Positions 9,139-17,605 of a stretch of DNA of 41,630 bases are shown one piece after another; positions within the stretch are counted from its first letter, which is position 1; every line of letters starts with the position of its first letter. The stretch covers positions 1-41,630 of the forward strand of contig JBGAIQ010000048.1 in the NCBI GenBank assembly GCA_044225365.1, given 5' to 3'. Origin of the DNA: Planctomycetota bacterium. GTDB lineage: Bacteria > Planctomycetota > B15-G4 > JADJEK01. Below the pieces are notes generated by a model, which saw nothing but the letters and a program-made list of their open reading frames with translations, did no database searches and was not told the origin of the DNA. A program made the translations under genes and the position numbers.

Positions 9139-10098
9139 ATGACGAAGCCCGAATCCCTGCGCGGCATCGCCGATTCGATCCTCGACTGCGTCGGCTGGAC
9201 GCCGCTCGTGCGCCTGCGCCACGTCGCCGCCGAAGCGCAGGTCCACGTGCTCGTGAAGTGCGAGTTCCTGAATCCTGGCGGCAGCCTGAAGGACCGCATC
9301 GCCCTTGCGATCCTCGACGACGCCGAGGCCCGCGGCGTCCTGAAGCCGGGCATGACGATCGTCGAAGGCACGGGCGGCAATACCGGAGTCGGCCTCGCCC
9401 TCGTCGCCGCAGTGCGCGGCTACCAACTCGTCTGCGTGATGCCGCAGAAGATGTCGCACGACAAACGCCGGATGCTCGCGGTGCTGGGGGCGCAAGTCGT
9501 CATCACCGAAGATGCGCCGCCGACGGATCCCAAGAACTTCAACAACGTCGCCGAGCGCCTCGCGCACGAGAACGGCTGGTTCTTCGCCGATCAATTCCGC
9601 GCTCAGGCGAACGGACTGATCCACGAGAAGACCACGGCGCGCGAACTGCTCGCGCAGACCGGCGGCTCGATCGGAGCGTTCGTCACGGGTGTCGGCACCG
9701 GCGGCACGATCAGCGGCGTCGGGCGCGTGCTGAAGCGCGAGGTCGACGGCGTAAAGATCGTCCTCGCCGATCCCAAGGGCTCCGGGCTCGCGGGGCTCGT
9801 GAAGGAAGGCAAGGCGGACGAGGATTCGAAGTACCAGCTCGAAGGAATGGGCGGCAGCCGCATTCCCGACACGTTCGATCCGACGGTCGTCGACTGGACG
9901 GAGAAAGTCTCCGACGACGAGGCGTTCGCGATGACGCGCCGCCTCATCCGCGAGGAGGGCCTCCTGTGTGGCGGATCCTCGGGCGCCGTCGTCGTCGCCG
10001 CCTTGCGCGTCGCCGCGCGCGCCGACATCGCGGGCCCGGTCGTCGCGCTGCTCGCGGATTCGTGGGATCGCTACGTCACGAAGGACTGGCTCGCGTGA
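9139..10098 (+). CDS. cysK: PLP-dependent cysteine synthase / cystathionine beta-synthase family protein
   Basis: Motifs VKCEFLNPGGSLKDR (PLP lysine), EGTGGNTG, GVGTGGT, LEGMG, REEGLLCGGSSG and DSWDRY. CysK versus OAS-dependent CBS cannot be resolved by eye. Confidence 0.8.
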   Translation: MTKPESLRGIADSILDCVGWTPLVRLRHVAAEAQVHVLVKCEFLNPGGSLKDRIALAILDDAEARGVLKPGMTIVEGTGGNTGVGLALVAAVRGYQLVCVMPQKMSHDKRRMLAVLGAQVVITEDAPPTDPKNFNNVAERLAHENGWFFADQFRAQANGLIHEKTTARELLAQTGGSIGAFVTGVGTGGTISGVGRVLKREVDGVKIVLADPKGSGLAGLVKEGKADEDSKYQLEGMGGSRIPDTFDPTVVDWTEKVSDDEAFAMTRRLIREEGLLCGGSSGAVVVAALRVAARADIAGPVVALLADSWDRYVTKDWLA

Positions 10099-10102
10099 CC
10101 CC

Positions 10103-10957
10103 TCAGGGCGTCGCAAGCGTCGTCTGACCGATTCTGCGGCCCATTCTCACCGGCGTCGCAGGCCACATCGTGTCGAGCTGCATGCCGGGCGGGAGCAGGA
10201 GCACGATGGTCGAGCCGAGTTCGAACGTCGCGAGGTGCTCGCCCTTTACGACCGACCGCCGACATTCGATCGCGGCCGCGGTGCGCGTGCCGGCTCGATT
10301 CGTCGCGAAGTCGGTGAACGCGAGTCGGATGCTGCCGACGTTCGTTGCCCCGACGAGCACGAGCGCGAGCTGCCCGTTCGGTGTGTCGATGAGGAGCGAA
10401 ATGCGTTCGTTCACTGCGAACAGCGCTGGGATGCGCTTCACCGCAGGCGGATTCACGGGCCACAATGTCCCCGGCTCGTAGAGCGCCTGCGACAGGGTTC
10501 CGTCGACGGGGCAATGGATGCGATGGTAGTCGCGCGGCGAGAGGTACACGGTGACGTAGCTGCCCCCGTGATAGGCCTTCGCGGCTTCCTCCGAACCTAG
10601 CAGGGCCGCGACGCGATAGGGCATTCCCTTCGCCTGCAGGAGCGTGTCGCCCTCGATGCGACCGAGCGCGCCGAGCGCGCCATCGACGGGGCAGACGACG
10701 ACGTTGGAAGCGGTATCGATGGGACGGGCGTCGCTCTTCAGGGCGCGAGTGAAGAAGGCGAGGAGCGATGAGTACTCGGCAGGCGGCCGCTCCGCTTCCT
10801 CGATCGCGACCTTGAACTTCTCGATCCAGATCCGGATGAGCCACTGCGGGAACCACCGTGGACGCTCGACGCGCGCGATCCGCCCGAACGTCCGGGACAG
10901 GAGGTTGCGAGGGAGATAGCGGAGGAGACGCAGCGAGAACGGGTCGTTGGAGTTCAC
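10103..10957 (-). CDS. psd: Phosphatidylserine decarboxylase proenzyme
   Basis: Motifs FFTRALK, CPVDG, QAKGMPY, YLSPRDYHRIH, LFAVNER, VGATNVGSI and the autocleavage motif FELGST. Probable GTG start at 10957. Confidence 0.92.
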   Translation of the reverse strand: MNSNDPFSLRLLRYLPRNLLSRTFGRIARVERPRWFPQWLIRIWIEKFKVAIEEAERPPAEYSSLLAFFTRALKSDARPIDTASNVVVCPVDGALGALGRIEGDTLLQAKGMPYRVAALLGSEEAAKAYHGGSYVTVYLSPRDYHRIHCPVDGTLSQALYEPGTLWPVNPPAVKRIPALFAVNERISLLIDTPNGQLALVLVGATNVGSIRLAFTDFATNRAGTRTAAAIECRRSVVKGEHLATFELGSTIVLLLPPGMQLDTMWPATPVRMGRRIGQTTLATP

Positions 10958-11189
10958 TCGGGCGGTGAGCTTCGCGACCTCACCTCGGATCGGCAAGGGG
11001 TCGCCATCGAATCGGCGGCAATCCACGGCCTTCGAGGCGATTTCGGCCGACCGCAAAGATGTCGTGAAGACCGCTTCACGGAGTGGGGGCGGGGCACTAG
11101 GATCCCACCAACCGGGCGGGGATCGGCCCGGCAAAGTCGATTCAACTTTTCGTCATCCGGTAAGCCAACCACCTTTCAGGGAGGTTCCC

Positions 11190-12197
11190 ATGCGCCTCGT
11201 CCCCTCGTCCGTTGCGATGCTCGTCGCGCTTCTCGCCGCGAATTCCGCGCTCGCGGGTTTCACCCAGTACGGCACGGGCTGCCCGGATAGCAGCACGGTC
11301 GCTCCCGTCCTCAGCATGAGCGGCCAGGACATTCCGGGCGGCGCGGTCACCCTCAGCTTCGACGGCGGCGCCGCGAACTCCTACATGCTCCTGATGCTGG
11401 GCTTCGGCCAGGCCGCGATCCCGATGGGCTTCGGGTGCACCTTGAACGTATCGCCGCTGTTCCCGGTCCCGATCGGACCCCTCCCGCTCGACGCGAACGG
11501 CGACATCAGCTTCGCGACGACCTTGCCCGACACCCTTCCCGCGCCGTTCACGTTCATGCTGCAGGCCTTCGAGGCCGATCCCGCGATGACCTCGGGCTTC
11601 GGTAACTCGAACGGCGTGCAGATCGATCTCAACGTCCCGGCGCCGCCGTCCGGACTCGTCATCAACGAGCTCGACTACGACCAGCCCGGAACGGACACGA
11701 CCGAGTTCATCGAGATCTACAATCCGACGGCCAACGCGATCAGTCTCACCGGCGTCCAGCTCATCTTCATCAACGGCAACGCGGGCGGCTTCGCTCCCTA
11801 TCTCACGTACGACCTCTCGCCGTCGGTCTCGCTCGGCGCGGGACAGTATCTCGTCGTCGCGAATCCGGGCGTCGTCGTGGACCCCGGCGCGATCCTCATG
11901 AACTTCGCGACGGCCTCGAACAGCATCCAGAACGGATCGCCGGACGGCATCGCGCTCGTCGACACCGTGAACGGCGTCTACCTCGACGGCATCTCGTACG
12001 AGGGCGTGACGGGTACGGGCACGGTTCCGGGCGTGCTCAATCCGGTGAACTGCAACGAGGGCACCTCGATCGTTCCCCAGGACATCGGTCAGGTCGGGTC
12101 GCTCATCCGCTTCCCGAACGGCTACGACAGCAACAATGGCAACTTCGACTGGCGCTTCAGTGTCAACATGACGCCGGGTGCCGCGAACCAGCTCTGA
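11190..12197 (+). CDS. Secreted lamin-tail-domain protein with an unnamed N-terminal domain
   Basis: GGAGG RBS and signal peptide MRLVPSSVAMLVALLAANSALA. LTD motifs are LVINELDYDQPGTDTTEFIEIYNP, IQNGSPDGIAL and the terminal TPGAAN. Confidence 0.85.
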   Translation: MRLVPSSVAMLVALLAANSALAGFTQYGTGCPDSSTVAPVLSMSGQDIPGGAVTLSFDGGAANSYMLLMLGFGQAAIPMGFGCTLNVSPLFPVPIGPLPLDANGDISFATTLPDTLPAPFTFMLQAFEADPAMTSGFGNSNGVQIDLNVPAPPSGLVINELDYDQPGTDTTEFIEIYNPTANAISLTGVQLIFINGNAGGFAPYLTYDLSPSVSLGAGQYLVVANPGVVVDPGAILMNFATASNSIQNGSPDGIALVDTVNGVYLDGISYEGVTGTGTVPGVLNPVNCNEGTSIVPQDIGQVGSLIRFPNGYDSNNGNFDWRFSVNMTPGAANQL

Positions 12198-12217
12198 GCC
12201 TTCGACCGCCGGAATCG

Positions 12218-12263
12218 ACGGACCCTCCCGGAGCGATCGCTTCGCGGGGGTCCGTTTCGTTTC
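12218..12263 (+). terminator. Probable intrinsic terminator hairpin between convergent genes
   Basis: Stem ACGGACCC...GGGTCCGT with an inner stem, followed by TTCGTTTC, about 20 bp after the LTD stop codon. Confidence 0.6.
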
Positions 12264-12275
12264 CCGTCCTTTGCT

Positions 12276-13079
12276 TCAAACGGTGAAGACGACCGCGGCG
12301 ATGCCAACGCCGAGCAATGCGATCTTGATCGCGCCGTCCTCGGAGTGATGGAAGACCTCGGGCAGCAGCTCGCACAGGCTGACGAAGAGGAAGATGCCTG
12401 CCGCGAATCCGGTGAGGAGCGCAACCTGTCCAGGCTCGGCCGCAAGATCGAAGGTGCGACCGATGAGGAGTCCGAGCGGTGTCAGGATCGCGAAGACGAC
12501 GATTGCAAGTCTCGCCTTCTTCGCGCCGATCCCGGCGAGCACGAAGATCGTGGCGAGGGCGAACGCTTCTGCGCCGCGATGGAAGAGCGCGGCCGCGAGC
12601 GCGCCGCGCGTCGCCTTGTCTCCGTGATCGACGGAGAGTTCGACGCCGTGGACGAGGGCTTGCAGCGAGAGGCCGATGAGCGCTGCCCACGCCACCGAGC
12701 GATGGCGATGCCGATCGTCGGAGTCGTGCGTTCGGAGGGCGAGGGATTCGAAGAGGTAGACCGCGAGCAATCCGAAGAGGACGCAGAACCACACCCGCGT
12801 CGTTTCGTGATCGGCGTGGACGTGATCGTGGTGCGGTTCCGAACCGGTAGCGATCGCGGGCGTCGTCGTACTCGTTGCCACCTCTTCCGCGCCGTGATGC
12901 GCCGCGCCGGAGAGCGAAGGCAGGAGGTCGAGGAACACGGCGCCGAGGAAGATGCCCGTCGCAGCCGCGAGCGCGGCGTGGAGCCAGCGCTCCTTCAGCT
13001 TCGAGACGGGCGGAATCAAGCCGCACGCGAGCGCGACGAGCGCGAACAGCAGAGCGCTGGGCGTGGGATCGAGGATCAA
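12276..13079 (-). CDS. ZIP (ZupT-like) family divalent metal transporter
   Basis: About eight TM helices, ATGIFLGAVFLDLLP, His-rich loops (HHDHVHADH; HRHR), LFHRGAEAF, LTPLG and AAGIFLFVSLCELLPE. Confidence 0.85.
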   Translation of the reverse strand: MILDPTPSALLFALVALACGLIPPVSKLKERWLHAALAAATGIFLGAVFLDLLPSLSGAAHHGAEEVATSTTTPAIATGSEPHHDHVHADHETTRVWFCVLFGLLAVYLFESLALRTHDSDDRHRHRSVAWAALIGLSLQALVHGVELSVDHGDKATRGALAAALFHRGAEAFALATIFVLAGIGAKKARLAIVVFAILTPLGLLIGRTFDLAAEPGQVALLTGFAAGIFLFVSLCELLPEVFHHSEDGAIKIALLGVGIAAVVFTV

Positions 13080-13281
13080 CGGTGCTCCGAATCGTTCTCT
13101 TCGAGCGGACGCGGGTTGGCCTTCGATGATAGCGGAGTCACGACGATGTTCGCGGCGCGTGTGGAGTTGGCTTCGATCGACGGCGGAGCCAACGATCGTG
13201 TCGTCGGCGCGTACCTTGTGGATTCGAGATTCGTCCGCGGCCCGCCGCGCGCGGTCGAACTCGCACGAACGGAGTTCTCGA

Positions 13282-14472
13282 GTGTTCGTCCTTCGACTGA
13301 CTCGTCGCGCGGCGGTCGTGGTCGTTCTTGGATCGATTGCAGCTCTTCAGAGCTTCGCGATCGGTGGAGAACCGGCGTTCGATGCCGCGGTCGTGCGCGA
13401 CGTCCTGCGGCCGTTCGCCGAAGCCGCCCGCAAGGAATGGGGTTTTCCGGGTGCGCAGATCGCCGTGGCGACGCCGCACGGAGACGTCGCGGTCGTCGCT
13501 GTGGGCTGCGAAGACCTCGCGGGGAAGAAGCCGCTCTCGCCCGACGCGTTGATGCTCGCGGGGAGCACGGGCAAGACGTTCTTCGCCGCGCTCGCTCTCT
13601 CCGCCGTCGCGGAGAAGCGCTTCGATCTCGCTGCGCCGATCGCGAAGTACCTCGATGCCGAACCGTGGTTCTCGCGACTCCATCGTGCGGATGCGATGAC
13701 GATCGGGATGTTGATGAAGCACACGAGCGGCATCGAACGCTACGAACTCGATCCGCGTTTCCTCGCCGCGTTGCGGAAGGACCCGTTCCATCGCTTCTCG
13801 ATCGCAGAGCGCGTCGAGTACGTCCTCGATCGCGACCCGGCCTTCGAGCCCGGTACGGGTTGGACCTACTCCGACACGAACTTCATCCTGCTCGGCGCCG
13901 CACTGGAGAAGCAATTCGAGCGCGACCTCTACGTCGAGATCCGCAAGCGTTTCCTCGATCCTCTGAAGCTCGATCACGTCGTTCCGGCGACGAGCAAGAC
14001 GATCGTCGGACTCGCGATGGGGCACGCCGGATCGAAGGACCCTTTTCTCGAAGGCGACGCGACGCTCGACGCCAAGGGCGATTTCGTGATCGATCCGTCG
14101 TTCGAATGGGCGGGCGGTGGTTTCGCGACGTCGGCCGGCGACCTCGCGCGATGGTGTGCGGCGCTGCATGGCGGCGACGTTCTGCCCCGCCCTTTGCGCG
14201 ACGCGATGCAGGACGGAGTGCCGTGTCCGCTCGGTCGCGGAGTGAAGTACGGACTCGGCGCGATCGCATGGCCATCGACGGCCGGAGTGGCGTACGGTCA
14301 CTCCGGCTTCTTCCCGGGCTACGTCTCGGAGATGCGGTATTACCCCGACCTCGGCCTGTCGATCGCGATCCAGATCAACACCAGCGATTTCGATCACCTG
14401 CGGCCGTTCTCGGGTCTCCTCGACCACGCGATCGACGCCGCGCACGACGCGATCGAGGACGGTGCGAAGTAG
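13282..14472 (+). CDS. Secreted serine hydrolase, beta-lactamase class C / D-Ala-D-Ala peptidase family (start uncertain)
   Basis: SxxK motif GSTGK, LMKHTSG, FEPGTGWTYSDTNF, AGGG and GHSG(F)FPGY. A hydrophobic signal-like N-terminus follows GTG 13282. Confidence 0.85.
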   Translation: MFVLRLTRRAAVVVVLGSIAALQSFAIGGEPAFDAAVVRDVLRPFAEAARKEWGFPGAQIAVATPHGDVAVVAVGCEDLAGKKPLSPDALMLAGSTGKTFFAALALSAVAEKRFDLAAPIAKYLDAEPWFSRLHRADAMTIGMLMKHTSGIERYELDPRFLAALRKDPFHRFSIAERVEYVLDRDPAFEPGTGWTYSDTNFILLGAALEKQFERDLYVEIRKRFLDPLKLDHVVPATSKTIVGLAMGHAGSKDPFLEGDATLDAKGDFVIDPSFEWAGGGFATSAGDLARWCAALHGGDVLPRPLRDAMQDGVPCPLGRGVKYGLGAIAWPSTAGVAYGHSGFFPGYVSEMRYYPDLGLSIAIQINTSDFDHLRPFSGLLDHAIDAAHDAIEDGAK

Positions 14473-14486
14473 TCGACGCTCTCGAA

Positions 14487-16055
14487 CTATCGCTTCGCGA
14501 CGGCGCGCGCGAGGATCGGCATTGTGACGCTGGGTTCGAGTCCCGTGAACTCGCGAGCCTGCAATGCGGCCTGCGCGACGAACATGAGGATGCCGGGAAT
14601 CGGCGTGCGGCCCATCGCGCGCGCTGCGCGCAGGAACGCGGTGTCGATCGGCTGATAGACCACATCGGCGGCGAATCCGCGCGGCGCGAACTCGGTCGGG
14701 TCGAGCGGGACTTCGTCGTCGGGGAGATCGGGCACGGCCTTCACGAGCAGATCGAACGCGAGGGAACGCGCGCGTCCTTCCGAGATCGCCTCGATCCCAC
14801 CGACGCCGGAGGTCGCAAGCGAGAGCACGAGCGCCGTCGCGGCTCCGAAATCCCGACCGGTGAGATGCACGCGCAATCCGGACTCGCGCAAGGCGTAGGC
14901 CGCCGCGCGCGCCGCGCCGCCCGTCCCGTAAACGAGCGCGCACTCGATGCGGCGACGATTCGGCAGGGGCTCGAATCGCAGCTCGGACATCCGTTCGAAG
15001 CTGCGTCCCACCGTGATCTCGCGGCTCGCTTCGGGATCGCGTAGCGCGAAGTCGATCGCGGCCGCGAAGCCGGGAGCGTCCGTGTTCTGCGCGGCGAACG
15101 ATCCGTCATCGCGCGCGAGGAGCGTGTTGGCAGCGCCGACGCGGGAAGCCGTGGCATCGCTCTCTTTGGCGAAGGCGAGGGCGTCCGTCTTGTACGGTTG
15201 AGTGACGGAGAGACCCGCGAGCGGGAGTTCCTCGGCGACCTTGGCGATCATGCCGAAGTCGTCCGCCGAGAGATCGACGTAGACCGCGTTCATCCGCGCC
15301 GCGGCGAACACGGCATTGTGGGCCTTGGGCGACGCCGACTTTCGCACATCCTGGCCGCTGATCGCGAAGACTCGCGTGCGGGGATCGAGGTTCGGCGAGC
15401 GATACAGATCGATCGCTTGATCGACGGTGATCTGCCCGTCCGCGGTCTTTCGCGACGGGTGGATCGCGGCGTAGAGCAGCGGCATCCCGAACATCGCCGC
15501 GAGCGGTCGCAGATAGCGACCGGCTTCGCCCATCGCGATCGCGACGACCCGTCGCTCGAGACCCTCGACGTGCGTCGCACTCTTCACGAATCGCAGGGCC
15601 GAGAGTGGGTCCGTGGCGCGGGCTGCGACCTTGACGACGTCGGCGTCGAGACGCGAGAGCGCTTTGACGCGAGCGGCGATGGCGGGGGAGTCGTCGAGCG
15701 TCTCGGAATGCCACGACACGATTCGCTGCGCCTTGCCTCGAGGAATCCCGGACGCGATGTCGGACTCGAGATCGACGAAGTCGAATCCCGCCTCATCGGC
15801 GCGCCGATGCATCTCGATCCGCGACGCCCGCGAGCACGTCGCTTCGCCGCCCTCGCTCGTCGGACGCAACGTGAAGATCGTGCGCTGTCGAATGCCGCCG
15901 CGCAGCGCGCGAAGATCGACCGCCTCGGGCGACGCGAAGCGATCGAGGCGGACCTCGAGGAACTCGACCTCGGGTCGCAATGTTCGCGAGTCGGCGAGTA
16001 CGCCTTCGACGTCGCGAGCCCCCGAACTCCCGACCATGACGAGCGGCGCCGTCAT
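14487..16055 (-). CDS. aroDE: Bifunctional type I 3-dehydroquinate dehydratase / shikimate dehydrogenase
   Basis: N-half has EVRLD, IFTLRPTSEGG, FVDLE, IVSWH, DVVKVA, IAMGEAG and ADGQ. C-half has SASPKAHN, SVTQPYK, VGAANT, NTD, GTGGAARA and DVVYQP. Confidence 0.88.
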   Translation of the reverse strand: MTAPLVMVGSSGARDVEGVLADSRTLRPEVEFLEVRLDRFASPEAVDLRALRGGIRQRTIFTLRPTSEGGEATCSRASRIEMHRRADEAGFDFVDLESDIASGIPRGKAQRIVSWHSETLDDSPAIAARVKALSRLDADVVKVAARATDPLSALRFVKSATHVEGLERRVVAIAMGEAGRYLRPLAAMFGMPLLYAAIHPSRKTADGQITVDQAIDLYRSPNLDPRTRVFAISGQDVRKSASPKAHNAVFAAARMNAVYVDLSADDFGMIAKVAEELPLAGLSVTQPYKTDALAFAKESDATASRVGAANTLLARDDGSFAAQNTDAPGFAAAIDFALRDPEASREITVGRSFERMSELRFEPLPNRRRIECALVYGTGGAARAAAYALRESGLRVHLTGRDFGAATALVLSLATSGVGGIEAISEGRARSLAFDLLVKAVPDLPDDEVPLDPTEFAPRGFAADVVYQPIDTAFLRAARAMGRTPIPGILMFVAQAALQAREFTGLEPSVTMPILARAVAKR

Positions 16056-16954
16056 CGGAGTTTGCCTCCCGAGTCGACCACGCGACGGATCTCCTCTCCG
16101 ACGATGGGATCGAGCCGTCCCGAAGCGAGCGCAGCTTCGAGCGTGACGTTCGCGGCGACGCGATAGGCCGTGAGGAGACTCGGGGCGTCGCGGCGCAACG
16201 CCGAGAGATGGGCCGTGATCGTTCCGACGTCGCCGCGGACGATCGGTCCCGTGAGCGCGGCCTCGGGCCCGAGGCGTTCGAGATTGCGGAGCGTGCCGCG
16301 CAGGAGCGATCGCAAGGGCTGGAACGGATTGCGGCGGAACGACGGCACCGCGGCGAGCATCGTCATTCCGAGGTGCGCGATCGCGACGACGCTGTTGCTC
16401 GCGATCGCGGCCGCGGCGTGATACAGGGCCTTGTCGCGGGCGGCGACGCGCACGGGGCGTCCGCCGACGGCGCGAGCCACCGCGGTCAACACGCGCAATG
16501 CGGGGCGATCGCCCTCGACGGCGAACGACGAGCCCGGGAGCAGGAGGAGTCCTTCCTCGGGCGACGCGAACGTCTGCATCGGATGGAGCGAGCCGACGTG
16601 GGCGCCCGCGTTGCGCAATGCGGCGATGGCTTCACCTGGAAAGGCGCCCGAGCAGTGGAAGGCGATGGCTCCATCGGGCCATCGCGCCTTCTTGCCGAGC
16701 ATCTCCGCCTTCTCCTCGAGCACGCGATCGATCGTCGCAAGCATCACGAGGTTGCCGCGCGAGGCTTTGCCGAGGTCGGTCGTGGGTTCGCCCTCGCCGA
16801 TGAAACGAGCGGCCGAACGCGCCCGCGCGAGCGAACGGGAGATGATGGCGGCGACGGGCAGGCCAGCTTCGCGCAGGCTCTTTCCGAGCGCGCGTCCGAC
16901 CACCCCGGCTCCGACGATGACGAGTCGACGATCGTGTAGGGCTTCTTGGTTCAC
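16052..16954 (-). CDS. Rossmann-like + DUF2520 protein (PanG-type putative ketopantoate reductase)
   Basis: Motifs IVGAGVVG, FHCSGA, SLHPMQTF, YHAAAAIASN and ALTGPIVRGDVGTITAHL; same operon as panC. Confidence 0.85.
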   Translation of the reverse strand: MNQEALHDRRLVIVGAGVVGRALGKSLREAGLPVAAIISRSLARARSAARFIGEGEPTTDLGKASRGNLVMLATIDRVLEEKAEMLGKKARWPDGAIAFHCSGAFPGEAIAALRNAGAHVGSLHPMQTFASPEEGLLLLPGSSFAVEGDRPALRVLTAVARAVGGRPVRVAARDKALYHAAAAIASNSVVAIAHLGMTMLAAVPSFRRNPFQPLRSLLRGTLRNLERLGPEAALTGPIVRGDVGTITAHLSALRRDAPSLLTAYRVAANVTLEAALASGRLDPIVGEEIRRVVDSGGKLR

Positions 16955-17019
16955 GACGGCGGAACTCTAACAGCCCGCCGTGAATTCGCGCCGGCATTCA
17001 CGCGGCGGCGGAGTGCGGA

Positions 17020-17505
17020 CTACGCCATCGCGCTCTGCCCGTCGGTTTCCTTCGGTTCTTCGCGATGGGCGGGCTCGGGGTACTCGTCGTCGTAGTCGAA
17101 GTCGTCGAGATCCGGCGGCACGTAGCCCGGCGTCTTGCTCTTCTCGACCTCCTCGAGGAACGCGTCGATGATGAGGCGTTCGAGGAACTCGCGACACTTC
17201 ATGTTGATCGGATGCGCGATGTCGGTGTGCAGCCGGGCGCGGCCGCGACTGTCCTGCTTCGCGCGGAGGTTCAACGAGCCCCCGCAGTCGTTGCAGAACT
17301 TCGATCGAAGGTGATTCTTCGACCCACAACTCGGACATCGTTCCGTCAGCTTTCGACTCGGCATCGCGACGAAGGGGCCGCGGCCGCCCTCGATGATCTT
17401 GATGTCGCGAATGACGAACTCGTTGTCGAGCGTGATCGTGCAGAAGGCCTGCAGCTTCTCACGCCGATTGTCCACCAGCTTCACGCGCACTTCGGAGACG
17501 TGCAT
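17020..17505 (-). CDS. spoVG: SpoVG-family nucleic-acid-binding protein with a zinc-ribbon insertion
   Basis: GGAGGAG RBS precedes ATG 17505 (MHVSEVRVKL). Motifs are ITLDNEFVIRDIKIIEG, FVAMPSRK and DIAHPIN, with insert CPSC...CNDC and an acidic tail. Confidence 0.92.
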   Translation of the reverse strand: MHVSEVRVKLVDNRREKLQAFCTITLDNEFVIRDIKIIEGGRGPFVAMPSRKLTERCPSCGSKNHLRSKFCNDCGGSLNLRAKQDSRGRARLHTDIAHPINMKCREFLERLIIDAFLEEVEKSKTPGYVPPDLDDFDYDDEYPEPAHREEPKETDGQSAMA

Positions 17506-17605
17506 CCACTCCTCCATATCACTCGATCACTCGGTGATTGCTCGGTGATTGCTCGGAGCGCCGCCGTTGCGATCCTCCGACTGCCGATCAAGTCCTACGC
17601 GCCGC

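Noticed and set aside
13282-14472. Antibiotic-resistance beta-lactamase
   Set aside because: The motifs place it only in the broad serine hydrolase family. Nothing indicates a true AmpC or a mobile context.
12345-15044. 899-aa plus-strand ORF and other long Arg/Ala-rich alternative ORFs (e.g. 24216..26534, 31536..33653, 28074..29564)
   Set aside because: They overlap motif-supported genes in other frames, show no recognisable domains, and have the composition expected of GC-rich shadow frames.
16975-17010. Hairpin CCGCCGTGAAT...ATTCACGCGG downstream of spoVG as a terminator or a copy of the 5.9-kb repeat
   Set aside because: There is no U-tract and the sequence does not match the array unit. 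At most it is an mRNA-stabilising stem.
17518-17605. tRNA-Gln, often found after ispE
   Set aside because: No cloverleaf, T-loop GTTCRA or CCA end is recognisable on either strand.
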